From positions 1,315 to 65,314 of the forward strand of contig CAAGAM010000070.1 in assembly GCA_900767815.1 (NCBI GenBank): a DNA stretch of 64,000 bases, written 5' to 3'. This DNA is from Clostridia bacterium (GTDB lineage: Bacteria > Bacillota > Clostridia > Christensenellales > Borkfalkiaceae). How positions within the stretch are numbered: position 1 is the stretch's first letter; each line of letters begins with the position of its first letter. Positions 19,498-29,094 of this stretch are shown here, piece after piece. Both the position numbers and the translations under genes were made by a program. The notes beneath the pieces were generated by a model. That model ran no database searches and was not told the DNA's origin. It saw only the letters and a program-made list of their open reading frames with translations.

Positions 19498-20397
19498 ATG
19501 AACAAAAAAGACGCAGGCAGACAAGTCGTTTCCGCTTATGATATTGCTTTTGAAAGCGGAAAAGAAAAGGGTAAACAGGGTGTGCTGGTTAACGTCGGCG
19601 CGCTCGAGGTGCTTTTCAACAAAACAAACGCGCTCGATATAGCGTGGGTAAAATACAAAGGCAACAACATTTCGTTTCTGTCTAAAAACGGTCTTAATTC
19701 TAATATCGGCGAGTTCCCGAATAAATTCGAGGGTGGTTTTTTATACACCTGCGGAACGGATAACGTAAGTTCCTGCGTAGGTGGCAAACCCGTTCACGGC
19801 AGTTTGCATTACAGCCATGTCGATAACGTTTACGTTACGATTTTGGACGATAGTGCCGAGGTTTTCGGCACGGTAAGGCAAACAGCGCTTTTCGCCGAGA
19901 ATATCGCGCTTCAAAGACATTTTACGGTAAGGGAAAACGAGATTACCGTTTGCGATACCGTTTGCAACGAGGCGTATACCGATACAAAATACGTTCTGCT
20001 GTATCACACGAATTTCGGTTATCCGTTTTTGGACGAGTGTTTAAAACTCGATATTCCGTTTGTTAAAAGCGAAGGACTTACCGATTATGCGAAAAGTCGA
20101 ATCGGTAAACAGCTACAGATAACCGAGCCGATCGACGGCGGTGAAGAGGAAGTCTTTTACAACACGCTTGAAAAGGGCGAAGTAACGCTTACCAACGAGC
20201 AATTAAAAACGCGGATAAAAGTTATATACAACGTTGAAGATTTTCCCGTTTTGTTGCAATGGAAAAGCATGATAAGCGGCGATTACGCGCTGGGCATAGA
20301 GCCGTCGCTTACGAGATTTGACGATTTCAAAATGCGCGCGCTTGCGCCCGGCGATAAAAAGCAGTACAAAATAAAATATATTTTCGGCGGACTTTAA
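19498..20397 (+). CDS. aldose-1-epimerase-like protein (DUF4432-type)
   Basis: 300 aa with a mutarotase-like central motif LLYHTNFGYPFLDE. The six-frame ORF 19327.. extends upstream into the previous gene. The ATG at 19498 directly follows the upstream stop. Confidence 0.4.
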   Translation: MNKKDAGRQVVSAYDIAFESGKEKGKQGVLVNVGALEVLFNKTNALDIAWVKYKGNNISFLSKNGLNSNIGEFPNKFEGGFLYTCGTDNVSSCVGGKPVHGSLHYSHVDNVYVTILDDSAEVFGTVRQTALFAENIALQRHFTVRENEITVCDTVCNEAYTDTKYVLLYHTNFGYPFLDECLKLDIPFVKSEGLTDYAKSRIGKQLQITEPIDGGEEEVFYNTLEKGEVTLTNEQLKTRIKVIYNVEDFPVLLQWKSMISGDYALGIEPSLTRFDDFKMRALAPGDKKQYKIKYIFGGL

Positions 20398-20418
20398 ACC
20401 GCAAAACGATAATCGATA

Positions 20419-22452
20419 ATGAAGTGGTATAAAAATATCTACAGAAGACAACTTACGGACATGCATATTGCGGACGACAAAAGCGAATATCTTTCGGCGT
20501 TCGACGCGGAAAAGTATTTTGCTTGTCTGAAAAAAGCGCATATACAAAGTCCGATGATTTATCTGCAATCGCACACCGGTTTGTGCAATTATCCTACGAC
20601 CATTGCGAAAACGCACGCAAAAATGACGGGCGAAAACAACGGCATAAAACGACTTATAAATCTGTGTAAAAAAGACGGATTGAAAGTCGTCGGTTATTAC
20701 AGTCTTGTATTCAACAACGTGGCGGCGGATATGCACCCCGAGTGGGAAATGCGTTATGCCGACGGTTCGACCTGGCGCGACAAAGGTCAAAGATACGGTC
20801 TTTGTTGTCCGAATAACATCGAGTACAGAAAATTCGTTAAGGAAAACGTTGTCGAACTTGCGGCGTATTTTACCGATCTTGACGGAATATTCTACGATAT
20901 GCCGTATTGGGAGGTTGCATGCCGCTGCGAATCGTGCAAAAAAAGATATAAAAAAGAAACGGGCAGGGACTTGCCCGAAAAAGAAGATTGGAACGATGAT
21001 AACTGGTTGCTTTATGTAAAGAAGCGTCAGGATTGGATGGTTGATTTCGTAAAATACGTTAAAAAACTGTCCAAAGCCGTTATGCCCAAAACTACCGTGG
21101 AGTTCAATTTTGCCGCGGTTATCGGCTGCGACTGGCTGGGCGGCTCTACAGAGGGCATAAACGCCGAGTGCGAGTTTACCGGCGGCGATTTATACGGCGA
21201 TCTTTACAGCCATTCGTTCACCGCTAAATACTATTATGGCATAACAAAAAATCAGCCGTTCGAGTACATGACCTGTCGGTGCAACAAGAATTTAAGGGAG
21301 CATACCATAACCAAACCGCAGGAAATGCTCGACGCGGAGATAATGCTTACATGCGCGCACCACGGCGCAACTCTCAATATAGACGCAATAAACCCCGACG
21401 GCACGCTTGACGAAAGAGTGTACGAAAGGGTGGGCAAAGCCTTTGAAAAACAAATGCCGTACGAAAAATATATGGATAAAGGCGAGTTGTATGCCGACGC
21501 AGCCGTATATTTCGACAGCAAGACCATGTTTGAAGAACCGTATGCAAAGACATACAATAAACTCTGCGCGGTAAACGCCCACAAAACCCTTGTGGAAAAA
21601 CACGTTGCGACGGCGGTAATAGCAAACGGCAATCTGGAAAATCTCGGAAAATATCGGATGATAATCGCGCCGTGTCTGCAAGATTTTTCAAACGACGAAC
21701 CGCTGAAATTCATCGAATACGTTAAAAACGGCGGCACGCTTTATCTGTCGGGCAGGAGCGATTCAAGGCTGATGAAAGAGTTCTTCGGCGCAAAGTTCGT
21801 CGGTTACACTTTCGGCGACAGCAAGTTCCCTCATGTATATAAAGGATATAACGAGGTTCAGGTATATATCGCACCCGACGGCGAGTATAAAGAAATTTTC
21901 GGCGGATTCAACGAAAAATATCCTTTGCCGATAACGTACAAACTGCCGATTTACGAAATGGACGGCAACGTTAAGGCGCATATCGTTTTGCCTTATACCG
22001 ACCCTGATAACAATCGGACTTTCGCGTCCATTCACTCGAACCCGCCTGCGGAAAAGACCGATATTCCCGCCGTGGTCGAAACATACTACGGAAAGGGCAA
22101 AGTTATATGGACTGCCGCGCTTATCGAAAACGACGAAAGGACGAATTTCAAAGATGTTTTCGGCAAAATCGTTCTCTCAAACGTTAAACCGAAATACGGA
22201 ATTTACGCAAGCAAACTTATAGAAAGCGTGATTTTCGAGGATAAAAACGACGTTTATATAAGCCTTGTAAACCTTGATCCCGTTTACGAAAAAATCGAAA
22301 GAACGGTTATAATTTCCGTGTCGGATTGCGTAAGCGCAAAAAGATTGTCCGACAACAAAAAACTTAAAATCAAAGACGGAAAGATTTCGGTCGGCGTTAT
22401 TGGTTTTGAAATGATAAAATTATCCGTTTGGTTTAATTTTAAAGAAGATTAA
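20419..22452 (+). CDS. putative glycoside hydrolase, GH42-like (TIM-barrel + beta-galactosidase-trimerisation-like domain)
   Basis: 677 aa. The central segment YRMIIAPCLQDF..EYVKNGGTLYLSG resembles the class-I glutamine-amidotransferase-like trimerisation domain of GH42 enzymes. The N-terminal region resembles a GHL-type barrel. Confidence 0.45.
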   Translation: MKWYKNIYRRQLTDMHIADDKSEYLSAFDAEKYFACLKKAHIQSPMIYLQSHTGLCNYPTTIAKTHAKMTGENNGIKRLINLCKKDGLKVVGYYSLVFNNVAADMHPEWEMRYADGSTWRDKGQRYGLCCPNNIEYRKFVKENVVELAAYFTDLDGIFYDMPYWEVACRCESCKKRYKKETGRDLPEKEDWNDDNWLLYVKKRQDWMVDFVKYVKKLSKAVMPKTTVEFNFAAVIGCDWLGGSTEGINAECEFTGGDLYGDLYSHSFTAKYYYGITKNQPFEYMTCRCNKNLREHTITKPQEMLDAEIMLTCAHHGATLNIDAINPDGTLDERVYERVGKAFEKQMPYEKYMDKGELYADAAVYFDSKTMFEEPYAKTYNKLCAVNAHKTLVEKHVATAVIANGNLENLGKYRMIIAPCLQDFSNDEPLKFIEYVKNGGTLYLSGRSDSRLMKEFFGAKFVGYTFGDSKFPHVYKGYNEVQVYIAPDGEYKEIFGGFNEKYPLPITYKLPIYEMDGNVKAHIVLPYTDPDNNRTFASIHSNPPAEKTDIPAVVETYYGKGKVIWTAALIENDERTNFKDVFGKIVLSNVKPKYGIYASKLIESVIFEDKNDVYISLVNLDPVYEKIERTVIISVSDCVSAKRLSDNKKLKIKDGKISVGVIGFEMIKLSVWFNFKED

Positions 22453-22517
22453 GCACTGTTAAAAGAGAAAATATATGACTGATGAGTTTTTGTGAAAAAT
22501 AGGCAAGGCGCATATTG

Positions 22518-22684
22518 CTTTGAAAGACAACGAATAAATAGAGAAAAATAAAAAATCACACCCAAAAAACAAAAACAGGATAAATTTTTAGAATAAATAG
22601 GATATTGTAAAGCTATGCGGGATGTAGTAGAATATAAGCGAAATAACAAACGCGGAGGAATTTATGGCAAACAATTACCCTATT
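22518..22684. repeat. copy 2 of duplicated promoter-leader module, fused to DUF4434 gene start
   Basis: Differs from copy 1 at about four positions. Its ATG at 22664 opens the 298-aa ORF. Confidence 0.7.
22605..22633 (+). promoter_or_regulatory. promoter TTGTAA-N17-TAGAAT (copy-2 version)
   Basis: Same architecture as 17972-18000, with one substitution in the -10 box. Confidence 0.4.
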
Positions 22685-23560
22685 ACGGGATCTTTTATAG
22701 ATGAAATAACCTATGATATACCGTCGTCCAACTGGACGCATAAACAATGGGCGGATGACCTCGACAATATGAAAGCCGTCGGAATGGATACGCTCGTGTT
22801 TATACGGGGAGGATTCGAGGGTAGAACGATTTTTCCGTCTGAAAACTTTTTTTGTCTTAGAAAGGACGATTTAGTCGATTTTATTTTAAAAGAAGCCGAA
22901 AAACGTGATATGAAAGTGTATATCGGCTTATATATTTCCAATCTTACATGGAACGACGGAGATGTAAAAAAAGAAATCGAAGCCAATAAACTGTTTATTC
23001 CCGAAGTTATAAAAAAATACGGCGCATATAAGTCGTTTGCGGGCTGGTATGTTCCGCATGAAGTCGCGACAAACGTTTATAATATCGGCAGACTTACTAA
23101 AAGCCTTGCGGCTATGTGTAAGGATAAAACTCCCGACAAAAAAGTGCTTTTAAGTCCTTTTTTCAAAGAGAAGACCACAGACCATAAGATTTTTACTCCC
23201 GAGCAGTTTTACGACGAGTGGGACGGGATTTTCGACGAGTTCCAAGGCGATGTGGATATCTGCGCTTATCAGGACGGCTCGGCTTCTTTAAAACAGGTGG
23301 AAGAATATTTCAAAGCTGCAAAAAAACTCTGCGACAAGCATAAAATAAGCCTTTGGCAAAACGTCGAGACTTTTGAACGTGACGTGAGATTTTTGTATTT
23401 CCCCATACCGTTCGAGCTTTTAAGAACAAAACTCGATCTTTTGGCTCCTTACGTCGAAAAAAGGATAACGTTTGAGTTTTCTCACTTTTTAAGTCCGCAG
23501 TCGATTTTCCCGTCTGCGCGGAATCTCAATAAAGTGTACACCGATTATTATGGAAAATAA
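22664..23560 (+). CDS. DUF4434-type glycoside-hydrolase-like TIM-barrel protein
   Basis: 298 aa. The N-terminal MANNYPITGSFIDEITYDIP motif and overall size fit the DUF4434 family often found beside AGE-family epimerases. Confidence 0.45.
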   Translation: MANNYPITGSFIDEITYDIPSSNWTHKQWADDLDNMKAVGMDTLVFIRGGFEGRTIFPSENFFCLRKDDLVDFILKEAEKRDMKVYIGLYISNLTWNDGDVKKEIEANKLFIPEVIKKYGAYKSFAGWYVPHEVATNVYNIGRLTKSLAAMCKDKTPDKKVLLSPFFKEKTTDHKIFTPEQFYDEWDGIFDEFQGDVDICAYQDGSASLKQVEEYFKAAKKLCDKHKISLWQNVETFERDVRFLYFPIPFELLRTKLDLLAPYVEKRITFEFSHFLSPQSIFPSARNLNKVYTDYYGK

Positions 23561-24788
23561 AATTGATATGAACGCGGATAAAATTGTTTCTTACAAAAAA
23601 TTTTACAGAGAGTTTCTGCTCGGCAACGTTGTTCCATTTTGGGAAAAATCCGACCTTATCGACAAAAAATACGGCGGTTTTATAACGAGCGTTGACGAAA
23701 TCGGAAAAAGTTATAACGATGATAAAAGCGTGTGGTTTCAAGGCAGGTGCCTCTGGACTTTTTCAAAGCTTTTAAACGAATTCGGGTATAGAAAAGAATG
23801 GGCGGAAGCGGCGGAAAGCGGCGCGGAGTTTATAAAAAAATACTGCATAGATAAAGATGGCAGAATGTTCTTCACGGTAACGCGCGACGGAAAGCCGCTC
23901 AGAAAGAGAAGATATTATTTTTCGGAAAGTTTTCTCGTTGCGGGTTTTGCCGAATATTACTTTTATACGAAAGATAAAAAAGACCTTTATTTAGCGGAAA
24001 AATATTTCGATCTCATGTACGGAATTTACCGCGACCCGTCTTCCGACCCTTTTAAAATCACGCCGAAAGAGAATGCGGAAGTGAGAAATCTTCATTCGAA
24101 CGCCAATCCTATGGTGCTTGTAAGTACGGCGCAGGAACTTTTAAGGGCAGATCCCGATAAAAAGGATTATTACGAAAAAATCATCCGAGATCTTATCGCC
24201 GACATGATGGGGCTTCATTATAAAGAAGAATATAAGTGTGTACTCGAAAACGTGTTTACAGACGGAAGCGTGCTCGATAACCCGACGGGCAGAACGATAA
24301 ACCCGGGGCATTCGATTGAAAATTCATGGTTCTTGATGAATTTTGCGGCAAATACGGGCGATAAGGAGCTTTTGAAAAAGGCTCTTAATATTCTCGATTG
24401 GTCGCTCGATATAGGCTGGGATAAAGAGTGTGGCGGAGTTTACTACTTCAGAGATGTGTTTAACCGCCCGTGCGAGCAACTCGAACACGATATGAAACTC
24501 TGGTGGGTTCACAACGAATGCCTTATAGCAACGCTTGCGGCGTATAAACTCACGGGCGACAAAAAATACTTTGACGAGTTCGAAAAAATACACGAATATT
24601 CTTTTTCGCATTTCGCGGATAAGAAAAACGGCGAATGGTACGGCTATCTGCACAGAGACGGTACGGTTTCGCACACTCAGAAGGGTTCGTTATGGAAAGG
24701 ACCTTATCATTTGCCGAGGTGTCTGATCGCCGTCGGTAAATTGCTCGATTCAATTGAAAAGGGAAGCGACTTCCCCGAATTATTGTAA
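23550..24788 (+). CDS. N-acylglucosamine 2-epimerase (AGE) superfamily protein (cellobiose/mannobiose 2-epimerase or mannose isomerase-like)
   Basis: 412 aa (alpha/alpha)6-barrel-type sequence with AGE-family motifs (RCLWTFS, NPGHSIENSWFL, WWVHNEC, HLPRC). Confidence 0.65.
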   Translation: MENKIDMNADKIVSYKKFYREFLLGNVVPFWEKSDLIDKKYGGFITSVDEIGKSYNDDKSVWFQGRCLWTFSKLLNEFGYRKEWAEAAESGAEFIKKYCIDKDGRMFFTVTRDGKPLRKRRYYFSESFLVAGFAEYYFYTKDKKDLYLAEKYFDLMYGIYRDPSSDPFKITPKENAEVRNLHSNANPMVLVSTAQELLRADPDKKDYYEKIIRDLIADMMGLHYKEEYKCVLENVFTDGSVLDNPTGRTINPGHSIENSWFLMNFAANTGDKELLKKALNILDWSLDIGWDKECGGVYYFRDVFNRPCEQLEHDMKLWWVHNECLIATLAAYKLTGDKKYFDEFEKIHEYSFSHFADKKNGEWYGYLHRDGTVSHTQKGSLWKGPYHLPRCLIAVGKLLDSIEKGSDFPELL

Positions 24789-24799
24789 ACGGAGAAAAC

Positions 24800-27211
24800 A
24801 TGAAGAAAAAAGTACATCTCGTCTGCAACGCGCATATCGATCCCATCTGGCAATGGGACTGGCAGGAGGGAGTGAGTGCGACGCTATCCACATTTCGGAG
24901 TGCAGCGAAGCTCGTCGATAAATACGATTATATATTTTGCCATAACGAAGCAACGGTTTATAAATATGCCGAGGAATACGACCCCGAGTTGTTTGAGAAA
25001 ATCAAAGAACTCGTAAAAAGGGACAAGTGGCGCATAATCGGCGGCTGGTATCTCCAACCCGACTGCAATATGCCCTCGGGCGAAAGTTTTGTTCGACAGA
25101 TAAAATACGGGTTTAAATATTTTAAAGATAAATTCGGCGTCGAACCCCCGAAAACTGCGTTCAATGTAGACGCGTTCGGACACACGAGAGGGCTTGTTCA
25201 GATTATGACGAAGTGCGGGCAGACAGGGCTTATCGTCTGTCGCCCGTATAAACACGAAATGCTGCTGGACGACAATCTGTTTACATGGAAGGGGCTTGAC
25301 GGGAGTAAAATTAAAACATTCCGCTCGCCCGACAGTTACAACACCCCGCTCGGAACTTCCGCTTGGGCAATAAAAGACAGGGCAAGCGTGAGAAAAGATG
25401 GCGAATACCTTGTACTCTGGGGAGTGGGAAACCACGGCGGAGGTCCGTCGGATAGAGATCTTGCGGATATAGAGGAACTAAAAAAGACGGACGAAGAGTA
25501 CGAATACGTACATTCTTATCCCGAAGCGTATTTTGACGAAAACGAGCCGAAAACGAAAATCGATAAATCGCTCAGAATTTCGATGCCGGGGTGCTACACT
25601 TCGCTTATAAATATAAAACAAAAGCATATAAAACTCGAAAACGAGTTGTATCTCGCGGAAATAATGTCTGCGGCGGCAAGCATGAAAGGGCTTGAAGAGT
25701 ATCCGACCGAAAAATTGTACGCGTGCTTTGAAAATCTGATGAACGGCGAATTTCACGACGTTCTGCCGGGGTCTTGCATAAAAGCGGGCGAGGATAACGG
25801 AACGGCGCTTTTTGACGGCGGCTATCTCGAAGCCACGAAGATAAAGACGAAGGCATATTTCGCTCTTTTAAACGGTCAGCCCGTCGCAAAAGAAGGCGAA
25901 TATCCCGTACTCGTATTCAATCCCCATCCTTATAAGATAACGGAGAATATCGAGTGCGAGTTTATGCTCGCCGATCAGAATTGGAGCGAACAGGTTTCGG
26001 TTATAACCGTTAAGGATGGCGAAAAAACGATAAAAAGTCAGCTGACTAAAGAGGACAGCACTATAAACCTCGACTGGCGGAAAAAAGTAATATTCGAAGC
26101 GGAACTTCCGCCTATGAGTATGAAACGTTTTTCCGTTTACGTCGAAAGAAAAGATAAAGAAGAAAAGAAAAAATCAGAAAATTTCCTGTTCGATAACGGC
26201 GTAAGCCGTGTGGAAATAGACAAGACAACAGGACTGATGAAAAGTTATTCGGTAAACGGAATTAAATACGTCGGAAACGGCTTTTCGCTCTGCATGTTCG
26301 AAGACAATCCTGACCCGTGGGCAATGGGCGCGTTTCAGCAAAATGGGATAGGCGAAAAGGAAGAACAGTTTGCTTTATCCGAAAAGCCGAGCGGAATATT
26401 CGAAGGGTTAAAGAGCGTCGAAGTCATTGAGGACGGAGATATTTATACGGGAATCGAAGCCTTTTTCGAAAAGGATAACAGCAAGGCGAGGATTGAATAC
26501 AGAATATATAAAAATTCGCCCGATATAGACGTAATCGTCAATCTCTATTTCAACGAGGCGAATAAAGTCGTCAAGTTGAAACTTCCCGTAATCGGCGGGG
26601 AAAGCGTGATAGGGCAGACGGCTTTCGGGACGGAAGAACTCTTTTCGGACGGAAGGGAGAACGTTTCTCAGAGATTCACGGGCGTGAAGGCGGGCGGCAA
26701 GGTTGTCGCGTTGATAGATAAAAGCAGGTACGGAAGCAGTTATAAGGACGGAAATCTGTACATGACGCTCGTTCGCGGAACTACCTACTGCGCACATCCT
26801 GTTTTAGACAGGGAGATAATTCCGAAAGACAGATTTACGCAGAAAGCCGATCAGGGCGAGCATGATTACTATTTCAGACTCACCGTTGCGGGCGAAAACG
26901 AACTCGAACGAAAAGCAAACAAATTTAACCGTAAACCATATGCAGTAAACGTATTCCCGACGGGTACAAGCAGACCCGAAAACGATTTTACATTCGAACT
27001 GTCAAATAAAAACATAACGCTTGTCACGATGAAAAAATCGGAAGAAAAAGATGGGTATGTTATAAGACTTCTGAACAATTCATCCGAACCCGCATCGACG
27101 GAAATAACGCTTTGCAAAGCAAAAATAAAGGCGGAATTCGGCGTTTATGAGGTAAAAACTTATTTATACGCAAACGGAAAATTAAGAGAGGAAAGAGGGC
27201 TTACGATATGA
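24800..27211 (+). CDS. GH38-family alpha-mannosidase
   Basis: N-terminal VHLVCNAHIDPIWQW and NVDAFGHT motifs characteristic of GH38. 803 aa, consistent with bacterial GH38. Confidence 0.7.
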   Translation: MKKKVHLVCNAHIDPIWQWDWQEGVSATLSTFRSAAKLVDKYDYIFCHNEATVYKYAEEYDPELFEKIKELVKRDKWRIIGGWYLQPDCNMPSGESFVRQIKYGFKYFKDKFGVEPPKTAFNVDAFGHTRGLVQIMTKCGQTGLIVCRPYKHEMLLDDNLFTWKGLDGSKIKTFRSPDSYNTPLGTSAWAIKDRASVRKDGEYLVLWGVGNHGGGPSDRDLADIEELKKTDEEYEYVHSYPEAYFDENEPKTKIDKSLRISMPGCYTSLINIKQKHIKLENELYLAEIMSAAASMKGLEEYPTEKLYACFENLMNGEFHDVLPGSCIKAGEDNGTALFDGGYLEATKIKTKAYFALLNGQPVAKEGEYPVLVFNPHPYKITENIECEFMLADQNWSEQVSVITVKDGEKTIKSQLTKEDSTINLDWRKKVIFEAELPPMSMKRFSVYVERKDKEEKKKSENFLFDNGVSRVEIDKTTGLMKSYSVNGIKYVGNGFSLCMFEDNPDPWAMGAFQQNGIGEKEEQFALSEKPSGIFEGLKSVEVIEDGDIYTGIEAFFEKDNSKARIEYRIYKNSPDIDVIVNLYFNEANKVVKLKLPVIGGESVIGQTAFGTEELFSDGRENVSQRFTGVKAGGKVVALIDKSRYGSSYKDGNLYMTLVRGTTYCAHPVLDREIIPKDRFTQKADQGEHDYYFRLTVAGENELERKANKFNRKPYAVNVFPTGTSRPENDFTFELSNKNITLVTMKKSEEKDGYVIRLLNNSSEPASTEITLCKAKIKAEFGVYEVKTYLYANGKLREERGLTI

Positions 27212-28989
27212 GATTTACCGATATAAAAATGTTTTCGGGCAATGACCTGAAAATACGCGGGGTGATGGACGATAACGTAAATTTCGTTGCCGAAAGCCAA
27301 TTGAAAAGCCGCGAAAGATGGGAGAAACTTGTCGAGCCGTTTATAACCAGAGAGGACTCCGACGGCTTCTGGCGAGGAGAGTTCTTCGGTAAAGAAATGC
27401 GAGGAGCAGCTCTTATCTATCAATATACGAAAGACGAAGAGTTATATAAAATTCTCACTGAAGCGGTGGAAAAACTTCTCGCCGCTCAGGACGAAAAGGG
27501 CAGAATATCGACTTATAGCGAGGCTTCCGAGTTTAACGGCTGGGATATGTGGTGCAGAAAATACGTCCTCACGGGCGTTCAGCATTACTATCGCATTTGT
27601 CGTGACGAGGGTTTCAAGAAAGAAATTCTGTCGGCTTTATCTAAGCATGCCGATTATATAATTTCGAAAATCGGCAACGGCGAGGAGCAGAAAAAAATAA
27701 CCGAAACATCGTCCTGGTGGGGCTGTGTGAATTCCTGCACGATTTTAGAGCCTATGCTCGAGCTTTATAAGGAAACGGGCGAAAAACGATATTTTGAATT
27801 TGCGAAGTATATAATTTCGACGGGCGGTAGTTCCGATTGTAACTTTTTGGAACTTGCTTTGGAAAACAGGCTTGCGCCCTATCAATACCCCGTCGTTAAA
27901 GCTTACGAATCGATGTCTTATTTTGAGGGGCTTCTCGCTTACTATGAAATTACAGGCGAAGAAAAATATTTTACGGCAGTTAAAAATTTCGTTGAAGCTG
28001 TTGAGAGAACCGATATGACTGTTATAGGCTGTTCGGGTTGCACGCACGAGCTGTTCGATAACTCGTCCGTAAAGCAAACAGAGTACGCCGAAAACATAAT
28101 GCAGGAAACCTGCGTCACCGTTACATGGATGAGAATTTCCCTCAGAATGTATCTTGAAGCGGGCGAAAGAAAGTTTATCGATCGAATCGAAAAATCGGGT
28201 TTAAACGCCTTATACGGCAGCTTAAATAAAAAACACAACGCAATTTACAATCTTCTGGATAAGAAGTTCGTAAGCGGTATGACTTTTGATAGTTACAGTC
28301 CGTTATATATGAATACCCGCGGCAGAGGAACAGGCGGATATATGGAATTTTTGCGCGGCGGCTCGTGCGGGTGCTGTGAGGCGATAGGCGCGTGCGGCGT
28401 TGCGTTGATGCCGCTTACGGCGGTTATGTCGGCAAAAGAGGGCGTTATCGTAAACTATCTTTTCGGCGGCGAGTTAAGCGTTAAAGACAAGAACGGGGAA
28501 TCGGTAAAACTTCTGTTTGAAAGCGATTATCCCTCCGAAAACACCTGCAAAATAACTGTTTCAAGCGACGGCAAAGTAAATCTCGGAATGTTTATCCGTC
28601 TGCCCGAATTTGCGGACGGAACGACGATAAACGGGAAAACTTATACGGGAGAATATGCCGATATAAGCGGCGAATATTCGGGCGGAGATGTAATAGAAAT
28701 CGGATACAATGTCGGGCTTAAAGTTTTAAGACTCAACGGAAAAGTTGCGTTTTCATTTGGCGCGATCACCCTCGGGACGGATGAAGAAAAGTTTGACGGC
28801 GATATCGAAAAACCGATAAACGTCACCGATAACCCCGTCTATAAGTTGATTAAACAGCAAAAAGATGAGCTATTGCGAGTTGAAATCTCCTTGAAAGACG
28901 GCGAGGAAATAACACTTTCGGATTATCAGTCCTGCGGCAAAAACTGGCGCGGAAAAAGAAACAGAACAACCGTTTGGTTTAATGCGTGA
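27208..28989 (+). CDS. GH127/GH146-like (DUF1680-type) glycoside hydrolase
   Basis: 593 aa (alpha/alpha)6-like. QETC and GSCGCCE motifs resemble the Glu-x-Cys ... Cys-Cys zinc/catalytic site of GH127 beta-L-arabinofuranosidase-type enzymes. Confidence 0.5.
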   Translation: MRFTDIKMFSGNDLKIRGVMDDNVNFVAESQLKSRERWEKLVEPFITREDSDGFWRGEFFGKEMRGAALIYQYTKDEELYKILTEAVEKLLAAQDEKGRISTYSEASEFNGWDMWCRKYVLTGVQHYYRICRDEGFKKEILSALSKHADYIISKIGNGEEQKKITETSSWWGCVNSCTILEPMLELYKETGEKRYFEFAKYIISTGGSSDCNFLELALENRLAPYQYPVVKAYESMSYFEGLLAYYEITGEEKYFTAVKNFVEAVERTDMTVIGCSGCTHELFDNSSVKQTEYAENIMQETCVTVTWMRISLRMYLEAGERKFIDRIEKSGLNALYGSLNKKHNAIYNLLDKKFVSGMTFDSYSPLYMNTRGRGTGGYMEFLRGGSCGCCEAIGACGVALMPLTAVMSAKEGVIVNYLFGGELSVKDKNGESVKLLFESDYPSENTCKITVSSDGKVNLGMFIRLPEFADGTTINGKTYTGEYADISGEYSGGDVIEIGYNVGLKVLRLNGKVAFSFGAITLGTDEEKFDGDIEKPINVTDNPVYKLIKQQKDELLRVEISLKDGEEITLSDYQSCGKNWRGKRNRTTVWFNA

Positions 28990-29094
28990 CGTCGGCGCAA
29001 ACGAAGCATAAAAAAAATGCAAGGAGAACTCCTCCTTTCGTCCTGACGTGCGAAAGGAAATCTCTTAAAAGCATAAAAAAAGGAGAAAATCAAA

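Noticed and set aside
19327-20397. Extended N-terminus (from 19327) of the DUF4432-like ORF
   Set aside because: The extension overlaps the 3' end of the preceding gene and is Arg/Lys-rich. The ATG at 19498 follows immediately after the upstream stop.
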